64,000 bases of DNA from Eledone cirrhosa (lineage: Eukaryota), in the NCBI GenBank assembly GCA_964016885.1, contig OZ024761.1:27218001-27282000 (forward strand). Reading direction: 5' to 3'. The notes beneath the pieces are model-generated. The model saw nothing but the letters and a program-made list of their open reading frames with translations. It did no database searches and was not told the DNA's origin. Below are positions 1 through 13,732 of the stretch, one piece after another; the first letter of the stretch is position 1; each line of letters starts with the position of its first letter. A program made the translations under genes and the position numbers.

Positions 1-523
1 CTCTGAGTTTTTCATCCTCAATGTATACTGATTAATGTTCAGAGCCATCCTCAGCATTCACGTGTAGCACCCATCCACCATCTGAGTGAGTTTCTTGGTC
101 ATTGTCCAAGTCTCAGACCCGTACAGCAGCACAGACTCCACTACAGCAATGAAGAGGCGGATTTTCAGGCCTTTACGAAGGTCCGACTTCCACACCGATC
201 ACAAGCTGTGGCACGCCGCCCAGGCTTTGCTCTTCCTCTCAACCACATCATCTTCCGTATTCCCAATCTTTGCTCCCAAATACAAGAAGTCCTCAACCAA
301 TTCTAGCGGCTTCCCGCCTACATTAGTGATCCCCTCTGGCTTCTCAACATTCTCTACCAGATATTTTGTTTTAGTCTCATTCATTCTCAGCCCCACACTC
401 ATCGACACAGTCTCAACCTCCTGTATCAAATCCTCTGCCCCCTTTACTGTATTTGTCACCAAAACTATGTCGTCGGCAAATTCAGCATCCGATATCTTTT
501 TCGCCTTAACTCTCCTGCTCTGA
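1..523 (-). mobile_element. RTE-clade LINE reverse transcriptase fragment (inverted 5' part of a truncated insertion)
   Basis: Minus strand reads ...EFADDIVLVTNTVKGAEDLIQEVETVSMSVGLRMNETKTKY...FLYLGAKI...KAWAACHSL*SVWKS...ESVLLYGSETWTMTK. It has the RT FADD motif plus GLxMNxxKTK, FxYLG and LYGSETW motifs, with an in-frame stop. Confidence 0.9.
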
Positions 524-758
524 GCCGATTGAGGTTAACTGGACATGCTCACCGGCATCCAGAGTTGACATTGCATTCAGTGCTTCTGTGGGAGCCCCTA
601 CATGGACACACTGGAAAAGGAAGATCAAGGTTAACGTATGTTGATGCCCTAAGGACAGACACTGGTCTGTTAGAGACGCAGGACATGGCAGCGATAATGA
701 GGGACAGAGACCGCTTGAGAGTACTCGTCCATGGATCTCGCGAATTTTACCCGCCCTA

Positions 759-760
<2 letters not shown>
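524..760 (+). mobile_element. RTE-clade LINE 3' end, sense orientation
   Basis: RLRLTGHAHRHPE...VLLWEPLHGHTGKGRSRLTYVDALRTDTG is a typical RTE ORF C-terminus, followed directly by (AT)n. Confidence 0.85.
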
Positions 761-795
<35 letters not shown>

Positions 796-803
<8 letters not shown>

Positions 804-2212
804 TATCAGATTAAATTTTAAGCAAAGAATCGCTGCTTTCACCCTTAACGGGATCTTCTGAAACTAACAAAGTCAATCTGTGAACGCAGAAGTGAATATT
901 TCAAAAAAACGTTGCAACCGGAGGAAGACAGGAAGACGATACTTTGGTTCGTGGAAACGTTCCCTTCATAAAACATACAGGTAATATATACTTACCTATA
1001 CAAATAGGTAATGGTATAAACATAACATATACTTAGCTACCACATCAAGACGTAAAATATCCGCGTATAGTTCGTACTATCCGTTAGGGTATAATGTGGG
1101 GCTGTAATACAGGAAAGTTTTGTACAATTTATGTTTACAAGCCGAAATTGCCTCAGATTTTTTGTTTAAGATGTGGTCTTTGGCGTAGAGTATTTCCAGA
1201 GCCTCAGCGACGCAGAGGTCACTTGGTCTTTTATTTCCGTTATACGATCTAGCCTTAGCTAGGATCTCCCAGTGTAACTTATATTGGGTATGGTTGTCTT
1301 TTAGACTCAAGATATAAGCTGAAAGTGACGTCATATTCCTTCTTAAAGGGTAACGAAAAGAATGGGTATGCATGTAAAGACGCTGCTTGAATCTATTGGC
1401 GGTTAACCCTATGTAGGCCCTACGGGACGTGGGTGTTTCAACCTTACATTTGTAGACAATGTTACTAGAGAGGCATTTCCCGGATAGGAGGCAGTCAACC
1501 CGATTCCTACAATTACAGTTAGTACTAACTACAGGGTTGCACGTGTTCCTACGGTTAGGTAGTTTAGCTAAATTTGAAGCTGTGATGTTATGTGCCAGGT
1601 TAGGAGTCGTAGAGTAAGAAATTTTAATAGTATTTCTATTAAAAATTTCCTATATTTATGTGTAGAGGGAAATGCTTCATAATAAGGGAGAGAAAGATCT
1701 TAGCTAATGATGTGGCCACCTCCATATTATACGCCAAATACCACATCTTAAACAAAAAATCTGAGGCAATTTCGGCTTGTAAACATAAATTGTACAAAAC
1801 TTTCCTGTATTACAGCCCCACATTATACCCTAACGGATAGTACGAACTATACGCGGATATTTTACGTCTTGATGTGGTAGCTAAGTATATGTTATGTTTA
1901 TACCATTACTTATTTGTATAGGTAAGTATATATTACCTGTATGTTTTATGAAGGGAACGTTTCCACGAACCAAAGTATCGTCTTCCTGTCTTCCCCCGGT
2001 TGCAACGTTTTTTTGAAATATTCACTTCTGTGTTCACAGATTGACTTTGTTAGTTTCAGAAGATCGCGTTAAGGGTGAAAGCAGCGATTCTTTGCTTAAA
2101 CTTTAAACTGTTATTTTAATAAATATTTGCTCTACGGTTCATATATATTTGATATATATTTATCCTTATCGAGCCCTCTTTGGATTTTAGTCTTCAAATT
2201 TATTATTATTAC

Positions 2213-2215
<3 letters not shown>
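796..2215 (-). mobile_element. 5'-truncated Penelope-like element (GIY-YIG endonuclease, Naiad-type) with inverted pseudo-LTR
   Basis: Minus strand about 1680 to 1077 reads FPSTHKY/IFNRNTIKISYSTTPN...CNCRNRVDCLLSGKCLSSNIVYKC...AYIGLT...TSLSAYI...WEIL...DLC..E...LNKKSE...CKH. Inverted arms of about 390 bp at 796-1187 and 1730-2121. (AT)n on both sides. Confidence 0.88.
2052..2102 (+). ncRNA. Type I hammerhead-like motif, variant core CAGAAGA (mirror copy on minus strand about 815-865)
   Basis: AGTTT-CAGAAGA-T-C(G/C)C gttaa GGG-T-GAAA-GCA..TGC-TT-AAACT. Stem I AGTTT/AAACT, stem II and stem III sit at hammerhead spacing. Confidence 0.6.
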
Positions 2216-2243
<28 letters not shown>

Positions 2244-2264
2244 TATATACATATATATATTTAT

Positions 2265-2295
<31 letters not shown>

Positions 2296-2431
2296 TTATT
2301 ATATATATATATATATATTTTTATATACATATATATATTTATTATATATATATATATTTATTATATATATATATATATAAGCAAAATGCTTAATGAAAGA
2401 GTTACAAGCCGTTAAAACATATCTTTATAAA

Positions 2432-2470
2432 GCTCTTACATATGTTTCGCCCAATGGGGCTCTTCTGTAT
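2432..2470 (-). ncRNA. Minimal hammerhead-like motif (CAGAAGA core), stem I broken
   Basis: Reverse complement: CAGAAGA GCCC catt GGGC GAAA CATATG TA. Perfect stem II and palindromic stem III (ACATATGT). Confidence 0.55.
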
Positions 2471-2472
2471 CG

Positions 2473-2623
2473 CACCTCTTTATACCTCCTCTTTATACCA
2501 CCTCTTTATACCACCTCTTTATACCTCCTCTTTATACCACCTCTTTATACCACCTCTTTATACCACCTCTTTATACCACCTCTTTATACCTCCTCTTTAT
2601 ACCACCTCTTTATACCTCCTCTT
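2473..2623. repeat. 13-bp minisatellite C(A/T)CCTCTTTATAC, about 11 copies
   Basis: Tandem units directly visible. Confidence 0.9.
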
Positions 2624-2652
2624 TCTATCCTCCTTTACGATACTGTAACTTT

Positions 2653-2684
<32 letters not shown>

Positions 2685-2695
2685 CCACACACACA

Positions 2696-2743
<48 letters not shown>

Positions 2744-3012
2744 CTACATATATATATATATATACTACATATATATATATATATATACTACATATATATA
2801 TATATATATACTACATATATATATATATATATATACTACATATATATATATATATATATACTACATATATATATATATATATATATACTACATATATATA
2901 TATATATATATACTACATATATATATATATATATATACTACATATATATATATATATACTACATATATATATATATATATATGTATACTACATACATATA
3001 TATATATATAAT

Positions 3013-3190
3013 ATATTAACAAATGGAAACTATATTTATAAAACCATATTTATTTCATTATACATATTTCAAGGATTCCAAAGCAAATTATGGTGCGCTT
3101 TCATCAGATAAAATATAATATAGATCAGTTTTATAAACAAATATTGACATACCCTTAAAGAATGGGACCATGTCGGTTGGAAGCTCCCAC
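3013..3190 (-). mobile_element. Penelope pLTR-derived fragment, family A, with decayed hammerhead (3051-3115)
   Basis: Homologous to 23920-24186 and 29820-30266. Reverse complement contains TTTTAT CTGATGA AAG...CCTT GAAA TATGTATA ATGAAATA. Confidence 0.7.
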
Positions 3191-3715
3191 ATATATATGG
3201 TGGTTATGTGTATGTTTATGTGTATATATGTTGTTTGTGTATGTATTCTTTAAATGGCAAGAGCCAATCAAAGTTCTGGTCATCTATTGCATTGCATATG
3301 TATGCAGCTGTATACGAATATATATGGTTGTATAATCCACCCAATGGCTTTATATGCAGATCTCATCTACCCAATTCCATCCTAATTCCTTCTTGCTGTT
3401 CGTATTTCGTAGTTAAGTAAGAAAGTACCAGCCCAGTATTGGTGCAGCTCTCTCTCTGCCTCTCAGTCTGCCTGTCTCTGTCTCTCTCTGTCTCTCTGTC
3501 TCTCTCTCTGTCTCTCTGTCTCTCTCTCTGCCTCCTTCCAGATATTCCGCTGAAAACAAGGAAGGGAGGGAGGACCGAGTATGTCTCCTTGACAGCTCGC
3601 GACTGCAATGGGCACCTAAAAACCTTGGCGACAACATGGTATATGCTACCAAGTCATACTCGATTGTTAGCGACAGTTGTAATAGTATATACACACGCCT
3701 ACACACACTCGCACA

Positions 3716-3791
<76 letters not shown>

Positions 3792-4081
3792 TGTACGGTC
3801 ACGCAATGCAATAGATGTCCAGAACTTTCATTGGCTCTAGCCATTTAAAGGATACATATACAACACAAACAACATATATACACCTATACTTACACAGAAA
3901 CCGAACGCACAGTCATATACACAGACAACCATATATACACACTTAACGATACACACACATATATATATATATATATACATACACACACACATATATATAT
4001 ATATATATTCATATTCATCATTACATACGCCTCTTACGAAGAAGCCGTATATCTGTATAAAACCATTCCAAGATACGTGCC

Positions 4082-4170
<89 letters not shown>

Positions 4171-4349
4171 TCTACATACACACTCATACAATTTTTTTTC
4201 AGTCTTCGTATAAAGACAAAAGCAAGACAAAAAAAATAATACAAAACAAGAAAAAAACAATCATCGAAAATAAAAAAAAATACACACGGCAGAAAACGTA
4301 GCCTATTGAAAAAAAAAAGCCCAATGAACAATTAAAAGCACAAACACAC

Positions 4350-4474
<125 letters not shown>

Positions 4475-4551
4475 AATATTGTGTATATATGTGTGTGGTC
4501 ATATAGTGTGGACACGTATAATATAACATACATACATATATACAAACACAC

Positions 4552-4584
<33 letters not shown>

Positions 4585-5120
4585 ATAATATATATATATT
4601 ATATATATTATATATATATATAATATATATATATAATATATATATATTATATATTTATTATATTACATATATACATTATATATATATAATATATATATAT
4701 ATATAATATATATATATTATATATATATTATATTATATATATACATTATATATATATAATATATATATATATATATGATATATATTTAATATATATATAA
4801 TATATTATATATATACATTATATATATATTATATATAGATATATATATAATATATATATATAATATATATATATAATATATATATATAATATATATATAT
4901 TATATATATATTATATTATATATATACATTATATATATATTATATATATATACATATATATATTATATATATATGCATAATATATATATCATATATATAT
5001 ATGCATAATATATATATATATATATATATAATATATATATATAATATATATATATAATATATATATATAATATATATATATATAATATAATATATATATA
5101 ATATATATATATATTATATA

Positions 5121-5151
<31 letters not shown>

Positions 5152-5236
5152 AATAATATATATATAATATATATATAATATATATATAATGTATATATAT
5201 AATATATATATATTATATATATATATACATATATAC

Positions 5237-5268
<32 letters not shown>

Positions 5269-5319
5269 TATCTATCTATCTATCTATATATATATATATA
5301 TATATATACATATATACAT

Positions 5320-5370
<51 letters not shown>

Positions 5371-5814
5371 GCCATATATATATATATATATATGTTTGTG
5401 AGTATGCAGACACAGACGTCTCCGCCCCAAAACATTATTTTAAGTTAAAAAGCACTTAACGATAGAAGAAGCAAAATAAAATAAAAAATAAAAATGAAAA
5501 CAATCACCAAAGACCCCCCACAAAAAAAGAAAAAAACAAACAAATAATATCTGAAAAAAACACAGAAGAATAACAACAACAACAATAATAACACCAACAG
5601 TATCAAACAGAACATTAACAGCAACAACAACAACAACTACAAAAATAATAATAATAATAATAACAATAACAGCAAGAGACACAGCACAATATAAACAAAC
5701 AAAAAAACAAAAAAACAACAAAAACAACAACATTAGGAAGAAGAAGAAGAACAACAACAAACTGAGGAAAAAATAATTAAAATGGTCACAAATAATAGTA
5801 ATAAGAGTAATAAT

Positions 5815-6085
5815 AATTGTTTCTACTATTGGCGCAAGGCCAGCAATTACCCAGTACATTACTGGTACTTTATTTTATCGACCCCGTAAGGATGAAAGAC
5901 AAAGTTAACCTCGGCGGGATTTGAACTCAGAATGGCAAGGGCCGTAACTCTATGCGCGTCAAAGCATGGCGTCCGACCCTCTACCGATACTGCCAATTCA
6001 TTTTATCGACCCCGCAAGGATGAAAGGCAAAGTTAACCTCGACGGGATTTGAACTCAGACCGTAAAGGGACGTAACTATGCTGGA
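5815..6085 (-). mobile_element. Two tandem copies (one truncated) of the dominant tRNA-derived SINE
   Basis: Reverse complement of A box TGGCAGTATCGG, B box GAGTTCAAATCC and central TTTCATCCTTACGGGGTCGATAAAATAAAGTACCAG. Confidence 0.9.
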
Positions 6086-6792
6086 AACAACCACAACAAC
6101 AACCACAACAACAACAACAACAACAACAACAACCACAACAACATCATCAATGGCCACAAATAATAATGATAATAATAATAATGAGAATAATAATAATAAT
6201 AATAATGATTTCTTTATTAACCACAATAAATAATAATAACAACAGCAAGAGTCTCACATAGCACAACAAAAAAAAAAACAACAACAAAAAACAACATTAA
6301 GAAGAAAAACTACAACCACAACCACAACAACATCAAACTGAGAAGAAAAAAAAAAATTAAAATGGCCACATAAAAAGCACCCGAAGCTCCAGGACTGTGA
6401 CTTAATTTCTAAGTCGAATCGACTAACAATGCTTATGGAAAGTTGAAAAAAAAGTTTTTTTTCTAAATAAAAAATTATTTGTGTGTGTATGTATATATGT
6501 ATGTATGTTTATGTATGCATGTATGTATGTATGTATGTATATCTATATGTTTATATGTATATATATATATGTATATATATATATGCCTATATATATATAT
6601 ACATATAAATGTATATGTACATATATATGCCTATATATATATATGTATATATATGCATATATGTATACATTTATATGTATATGTATATATATGTATATAT
6701 GTATATGTATATATATATGCATACACATACACACATACACACATATATAGATATACATATATATGTATATATATATATGTATATATATATAC

Positions 6793-6823
<31 letters not shown>

Positions 6824-7035
6824 CATACACACATATATATAAACATACACACACATATATATATATGTATATATATATATATACATATATATGTATATAC
6901 ATATACATATATATGTATATATATATGTATATATATACATATATATACATATACATATATATGTATATATATGTATATGTGTGTGTATGTGTATACTTTT
7001 ACGTGTGTATATGTACATATATGTGTATATATATG

Positions 7036-7101
<66 letters not shown>

Positions 7102-7276
7102 TATATATATATATATGCATATATAAAAGTAACATAGAAAACAGAATGGTGAGGAAAAAAATTAAAACGCTGACCAGACATCACTAATTGAATTGTAGGC
7201 TGTGTATAGCTTAGCACCGGACTGTGACTTCTCTGTATGGCTGACTGTCGTCTTTGTTGGTGTGTCTTCTTAACGT

Positions 7277-7332
<56 letters not shown>

Positions 7333-8261
7333 GTTATCTTAAGCAGCAATTCATCATTGCGGTTCGGTATGAGTGAAGTCAAGGGGTGGAGAATTACAGT
7401 GAGGGTTGTAAGAAGAATGACTATGGGCGGAGAAGGGCGTTGATATTAAAAATGTCGAACTTTAGAACTGAGAAGAAGGAAGGAGAGAGGTTGGAGGTGT
7501 TTTTCGGTCTGTACTTCCAACAGTATACAAAAAAAAAAAAATGTACAAGATAGCATTTAAAAAAAAAATGTCCATATATGATTTTAGGGTCTGAATCTTT
7601 AGGTAAGGTTAAAGCATTCCACGTCTCTATCTCCTCTTCGTTGTCAGTAATGGAAAAGGTGTGTATTCTTTCATGCCCCCCCCCCCTTTACCTTGTTGCT
7701 ACTGGAAAATAGTATACCCGTTAAGGTTTGTTTTTAAGGTTTTTTTTTTGTCGTGTGACAAGACAAGGACACATTTTATGTCTTGTGAGTATTCCTGTTC
7801 CCACAAGAAAAAACTCCTGATGACACATCCACATATGTGGATGACTATGGCTGGAACGCCTTCGATCATAAATCTACAAAAATCAATAATGACTTCTGAT
7901 TAAAAAAAAACAAAAAAAAAAACAGCAACAGCAATGTCTGCATGCCACACCCCTCCTAAAAAGCAAAAAAAAAAAAAAAAAAAAAATAATGAAGCAATTT
8001 TGATATATCCGCAACGATCAAAAACTGAAAATTTCTAGACAGCGATAAACTCGAAGATTAAGAATTCAGTTAAAATTTGTGGTGAGATAAATAACCATTT
8101 CTTGCAGGTTCGTGCTTATGAAATATGAACAAATTCTAATATAATTATAGTTATAAAAATTACCAATTTCGATTGGTCTGCGACAATAAAAAACAAAAAA
8201 AACAACACCAACAACAATATCAAAATTGAGTTCTGTTAAATTTGAAATCTTAAAAGAGAAG

Positions 8262-8295
<34 letters not shown>

Positions 8296-8689
8296 CACCA
8301 AAACATACCGATCGAACCGATATAAAAAAAAAAATCTCTGAATCTTAACAAGTCCATAGCTATCTAGATATTTGTATGATCGTTCAGGGTGGAATAGTTT
8401 AAAAATACTCCGTTAATAGTGATTGTGAAAATTAGCAATTCTAACGTGTTCTAAGCAGTCATAGCACATTGAAATTTTGTCATATGAACAAAAATGATTA
8501 TATTAAGAATTGTGAGAGAAGGTTGGCAGTAATTTCTATTTCACTGGCATTTTTTTTAGTGCTTTTGTTGTTGATGTTGTTGTTTTTTTGCTGTTGCTGT
8601 TGCTCTTGTTGTATCTTGATATAATTCTGGTCACTAATAAGTTAGCAATTCATATATATCTGTTATAACGCATCAACAATGTGGTGCAT

Positions 8690-8880
8690 GGACCCACAGA
8701 CAGACCAAGAGTAAGATGGTCGGATAACATCTATAAAGCTCGGTGGGTTACACTTGAGGAGGGATGGGCTCCAGCTAGATCATTTGGAAACGGTTATTTC
8801 TGATAAGACCCTCTTGAAGGTCTGTTTGAGGGCTCTTCCCCTACCAACCTTCTGAAGGATAAGTGGGCAAAGAAGAAATA
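8690..8880 (+). mobile_element. Decayed LINE (RTE-like) 3' fragment
   Basis: RPRVRWSDNI resembles the GRPRxRWxDxI motif of RTE C-termini. Confidence 0.45.
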
Positions 8881-9075
8881 TAGTTACCTTTACAGATCTG
8901 TCAGAACGAACAGTTTTCAAACATCTTGGTCAGAATCCCGCCAAATTTTCTAGGCCATCGACCCTTTCATTAAATCTCTGCCCCCTCATTCATCCTAGGT
9001 ATGTACAAAAATAAAATAAGCAATTCAGTAAACATAATATAAAATAATGGTAAAAGGGAACTGCAGAGGTCTGTC

Positions 9076-9113
<38 letters not shown>

Positions 9114-9324
9114 GACAGAGTTACAATTAGGTTTGCACAAAAGCACGCAATAAGAATGTATCGATGAATCGATAGTTACACCTTACAGTAATTATCATAC
9201 GTTAGATAGCATGATAAATTGAAAACTACGGCCAGGGGTCATAGCCACATAATTCACCAAAACAACGAAAATACAATCAGGTTATATACATACATAATAC
9301 ATACATACATATATATATATATAT

Positions 9325-10275
9325 ATGAAAACAGGGAGAAAGAGACGATTATGAGGAAGAAAAACAATTTTTTTTCCTTTTTTTTTCCTCTCTCTCTTTT
9401 TTCTGGGTTAGAAAATGATTAAAACGAAATGTTTTACTTTGTGTGAAGTGTTAAGGTATTAGTTGATTTATTTATTATTTAACAATGGCATTTATTTATC
9501 TATTTATATATTTAATTATTGTCTATTACCGGTTTCAGCATTTATATGCATTATCAAATGATAGTGAAATGTATTAGTGTGGTGTCGCACATGTTAAACA
9601 GAAGGTGCAGAAAGAATAATGTTATATACAAACAAGGTTTAAGAAGTGAAAAGAAAAAAGAAAAAGGAAAAAAAAACGCGCATAATGTGGAACGAAAAAA
9701 GACAATGTGGAAGAAAAAATAATGTTATTTACAAGCACAGTCATTGAAGTTAAGCAGTTCAAAATGTGTTAATATCGCAAGAGTGCTTAGTTGAACCATG
9801 GTTCCGTGAAGGAGGCAAATAGTGGACTGTGGTTTGATATGATTTCCCTTTTTAGAGAGTTAATATTTCCCTTTTTAGAGAGTTATTTTTTCTTCCATAT
9901 TGTCTTTTTTCGTTCCACATTATGCGCGTTTTTTTTTTCCTTTTTCTTTTTTCTTTTTACTTCTTAAACCTTGTTTGTATATAACATTATTCTTTCTGCA
10001 CCTTCTGTTTAATATGTGCGACACCACACTAATACATTTCACTATCATTTGATAATGCATATAAATGCTGAAACCGGTAATAGACAATAATTAAATATAT
10101 AAATAGATAATAAATGCCATTGTTAAATAATAAATAAATCAACTAATACCTTAACACTTCACACAAAGTAAAACATTTCGTTTTAATCATTTTCTAACCC
10201 AGAAAAGAGAGAGAGAGAGAAACAAAAAAGGGAAAAATATATTTTCCTTCCTCATAATCGTCTCTTTCTCCCTGT

Positions 10276-10281
<6 letters not shown>
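9325..10281. mobile_element. Foldback element: about 400-bp inverted arms (9325-9722 / 9883-10281) in (AT)n, probably Penelope pLTR-derived
   Basis: Arms are near-identical reverse complements and each carries a hammerhead-like motif. A third partial copy lies at about 20270-20452. Confidence 0.8.
10042..10083 (+). ncRNA. Minimal hammerhead-like motif, U3-A8 variant (mirror copy 9523-9564, minus)
   Basis: TTGATAA T GCAT ataa ATGC T GAAA CCGG TA. Stem I is weak. Confidence 0.5.
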
Positions 10282-10331
<50 letters not shown>

Positions 10332-10358
10332 TAACTCGTGTGCCTCCTCTCCACATTT

Positions 10359-10428
<70 letters not shown>

Positions 10429-10452
10429 ATATATTATGGTGGCTAAATGATG

Positions 10453-10503
10453 AGTCTCGCTGCTCTGAAGTTTCATCTCTGTACAAGGTCATCAGACAAG
10501 ACT
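10453..10503 (-). ncRNA. Decayed type I hammerhead motif
   Basis: Reverse complement: AGTCTTGT CTGATGA ccttgtacagagat GAAA CTTCAGAG CA GCGAGACT. Stem I of 8 bp; U16.1 mutated. Confidence 0.45.
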
Positions 10504-11869
10504 GAGCACCTATTCTAACCCCTGTCAACATAACACTGATATAGTGTGTGTATGCGTAAAGTCTGTAGATAGATGTTTGTAAAGCATGATTGTGTAACTA
10601 TGTTTGTGTGTATGTGTAATGCATGATTGATGTGTGTATTGTGCAGTTAAGAAAAAATCGGGATCTTGAGCTCTTCCCGTTTGAATAGTTAGTTGTGTGT
10701 AACGTAACGGTTTGGCAATAAAAAAAAAAGATCGATAGAATAAGTCCCAGTCTTGGACAAATAAATACTGTAGGAGTCGATATGATCAATTATATCAAGC
10801 TGGTGCCCCAGCATGACCGCAATGTAATGACTAAAGCCAGTAAACCAGCAAAGACGGGAAATACTAATTATATACAAATCAGAAACCTGTATATACAAGT
10901 AACAGAAACCTGTATATACAAGTAAATCGTATTCTATATATTTTCATTTCTTACACAAATATCAGGTTTTGACCTAAACAATCAATCGATCCTACTAGTT
11001 AATTCTATCGACCACTGTTTTAGGCATGGTGGTGCTGGTGGGGGTGGGAATGTTGGGGAATGCTGGGCTAGACCCGTTAAAAGTGATAATTTGGCTCACA
11101 TGATATATGATAGTTTTTGTTAATTACATGAAATCTTATGAATCGTTGATATTTAGATATTAACTGCCGAGGTATCAAAAATGGATAATTTTCTTGATCG
11201 TGGTCATGTGATAATTATATAACCAACAAAAAAACTAAAAAAACAAAAACAAAAAAAAACAAAAAACTAAAAGAAAAATACTAAAAAAAAAATAATTTTA
11301 TTATTATTTTTATTATTATTTTTACGAGTCCACACGAACGAGAATCAGTAATATCTTTCACCCTTGACCTGGTAGAATCGATAACATTCGGAATCTTTGA
11401 AGTATCGGAATATTCGTGTTTTTGATTATTGCGGATCAGTCGGAATTATTATAATTTCCCGCCACTGATCATGGATATGTTAGAAATTCCAATTTTCAAT
11501 TGTCCGTAACAGACAGAATTGATAATTCTTGTGTCACTAGTACCTTATGGAATTGATCTTTCTGAAGATCTTTGATGTGTCAAAATGTTCTATCTTGATG
11601 AATGCGCACCCGATAGAACTGTTAATGGTTTATGACTGTAGCTTCATCACAGTCTGAATATTTTGATAAATTTCATGTACAGCTAGAATTGAAAAATTTT
11701 TGGTGCTCAGCGAATTCTTCAGAATTTATAGTAACTGTGTCTTTGATATGCCAAGAGTTTTCAAGCTTGATGGCTTTCATGAAAACATTGAGAATTGACA
11801 ATTTTCTTCTATTTTTTGTGTGTGTGTATGTATATGTATGTTTGTGTATGTGTGTATGCACGCACACGA

Positions 11870-11921
<52 letters not shown>

Positions 11922-12087
11922 ATGTGTATGCGCGCCCATGTGTGTGTGTGTGTATATATATATGTGTGTGTGTATGTGGCGCACGTGTGTGTGTGTGTAT
12001 ATATATATATGTGTGTGTGTGTGTGTATGCGCGCGCACGTGTGTATATATATATATGTGTGCGTGTGTATGCGCGCGCACGTGTGTG

Positions 12088-12156
<69 letters not shown>

Positions 12157-12349
12157 TAAGCCACAGCATGTTAGGATTAATATGCTTGAACAGCATATCT
12201 GCGTCACAATGTTTATGCTGATTTGTTCTTCCTTCCTCTCTCTCTCTCTCTTCTTCTCTTTCTCTCACACTCTCTCTTTCTCTATCTCTCTCTCTCTGAC
12301 TGTCTCCACCTCTCTCGCTCATTCTCTATATCTCCCCCGCCCACACAAA

Positions 12350-12465
12350 TTTGCGGGGAAGGAAAAGTCGATTACACCAACCCCATTACTTGACTGGTAC
12401 TTTATTTAATCGACCCCGGAATGATGATAGGCAATGTCGACAATGGCGGGATTTGAACTCGGAAT
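12350..12465 (-). mobile_element. Diverged SINE fragment
   Basis: aaagtcgatt...ctggtactttatttaatcgacccc...gggatttgaactc. Confidence 0.8.
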
Positions 12466-12510
12466 GTAATAAAAATATGTACAACTACAACACACACGCA
12501 CATACGTATT

Positions 12511-12596
<86 letters not shown>

Positions 12597-12599
12597 TTT

Positions 12600-12904
12600 A
12601 TATCCCGGGTTCAACCCGGGAGTAACCACAGTAAGTATGATACTTAATATATAGTAAGTATGATACTTAATATATAACAGAATATAAATATTGTTATACT
12701 TTGGGAGAGTCATGTTGCCAATAATTGTTGCTAAACAAATTCAGAAACGAAAGAGTATAAATATTTAATATAAAAATGACTTCTACAGGACTAGAACTGT
12801 TTCATTCGAGAGAAATCACCAGGAAATCATCAGGAAATCTTCCTGATGATTTCTTCCGAATGAAACAGTTCTAGTCCTGTAGAAGCCATTTCTATATTAA
12901 ATAT
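12600..12904. mobile_element. Family B pLTR-like island ending in a head-to-head palindrome (12761-12904)
   Basis: Shares GTAACCACAGTAAGTA and TTCTACAGGACTAGAACTGTTTCAT with 27285-27340 and 29301-29451. Flanked by (AT)n. Confidence 0.7.
12839..12885 (+). ncRNA. Type I hammerhead motif, family B
   Basis: CTTC CTGATGA T TTC ttcc GAA T GAAA CAG ttctagtc CTG TA GAAG. Stem I CTTC/GAAG; GUA cleavage triplet. Confidence 0.65.
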
Positions 12905-12984
12905 ATATATATATTCATACATACACATCTCCCTCTCCCTCTCTCTTCCCCTTTTCTCTCTCTATCTCTCTCTATATATATGTA

Positions 12985-13059
<75 letters not shown>

Positions 13060-13234
13060 TTCTGTGTCTGTGTGTATGGGACTATTTAGTAAAGTGGTAG
13101 GCAGTGGTGTTGATTTGCCTTGAAACTCCACACACACAAAATCACAAATACCAATTTCCAATAAGTAGTTTTTATCAAGTAACGATACACAGATAGTACA
13201 AATCACACAATGTGAAACTTAAAAAGAATTATTG

Positions 13235-13490
13235 TTTTCAGCCATTCTTAGCAGCAAAAATATCAATTATGTGGTCAATATTTTTGCCAACAGATATAGT
13301 GGCATCCATCGTTCAATATATTTGTATTGATACAATATTTAGCCACGATTGACCTATTGTACTTCTCAGATATGTCTTTATTGGTCTCAGTCTGCAGAAG
13401 GATCCACCCCTTCCCTGCTTCTATAGAACACGATGTAGTCGTAATGGTTTCCCCAGATACCAGCGATTTCATTGAAAACTGTGACAATAC
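13235..13490 (-). pseudogene. hAT transposase C-terminal dimerisation-domain relic
   Basis: Frameshifted TITTTSCSIE / SFCRLRPIKTYLRSTIGQSWLNIV ... IDHIIDIFAAK matches the hAT pattern TS(C/A)SxERSFSxLxxIKTYLRSTMxQxRL. Confidence 0.75.
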
Positions 13491-13732
13491 GCCACGTAGA
13501 TCATTCTTTTAAACGGTTTCAACAACAACAACAGCAGCAGCTATAGTTGACTGCGAATCTGATAGAGGGATGGAGGTCCGTGAGAGTATTTCTGTAGATT
13601 GTCTTTCTTGCCTTCAACTCTTAACTTAAGAAAATATCTAAAAACAACTATGGTAATTCAAATGTTTGTAGTGAAATAATAGGTAGATATATGATAGAAG
13701 TCTTCGGCAGTTTCATTATTTTGAGCAACTTC

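Noticed and set aside
7380-7870. Possible LINE 3' fragment (WNAL-like on the minus strand)
   Set aside because: Too degraded and interrupted by homopolymers to support a call.
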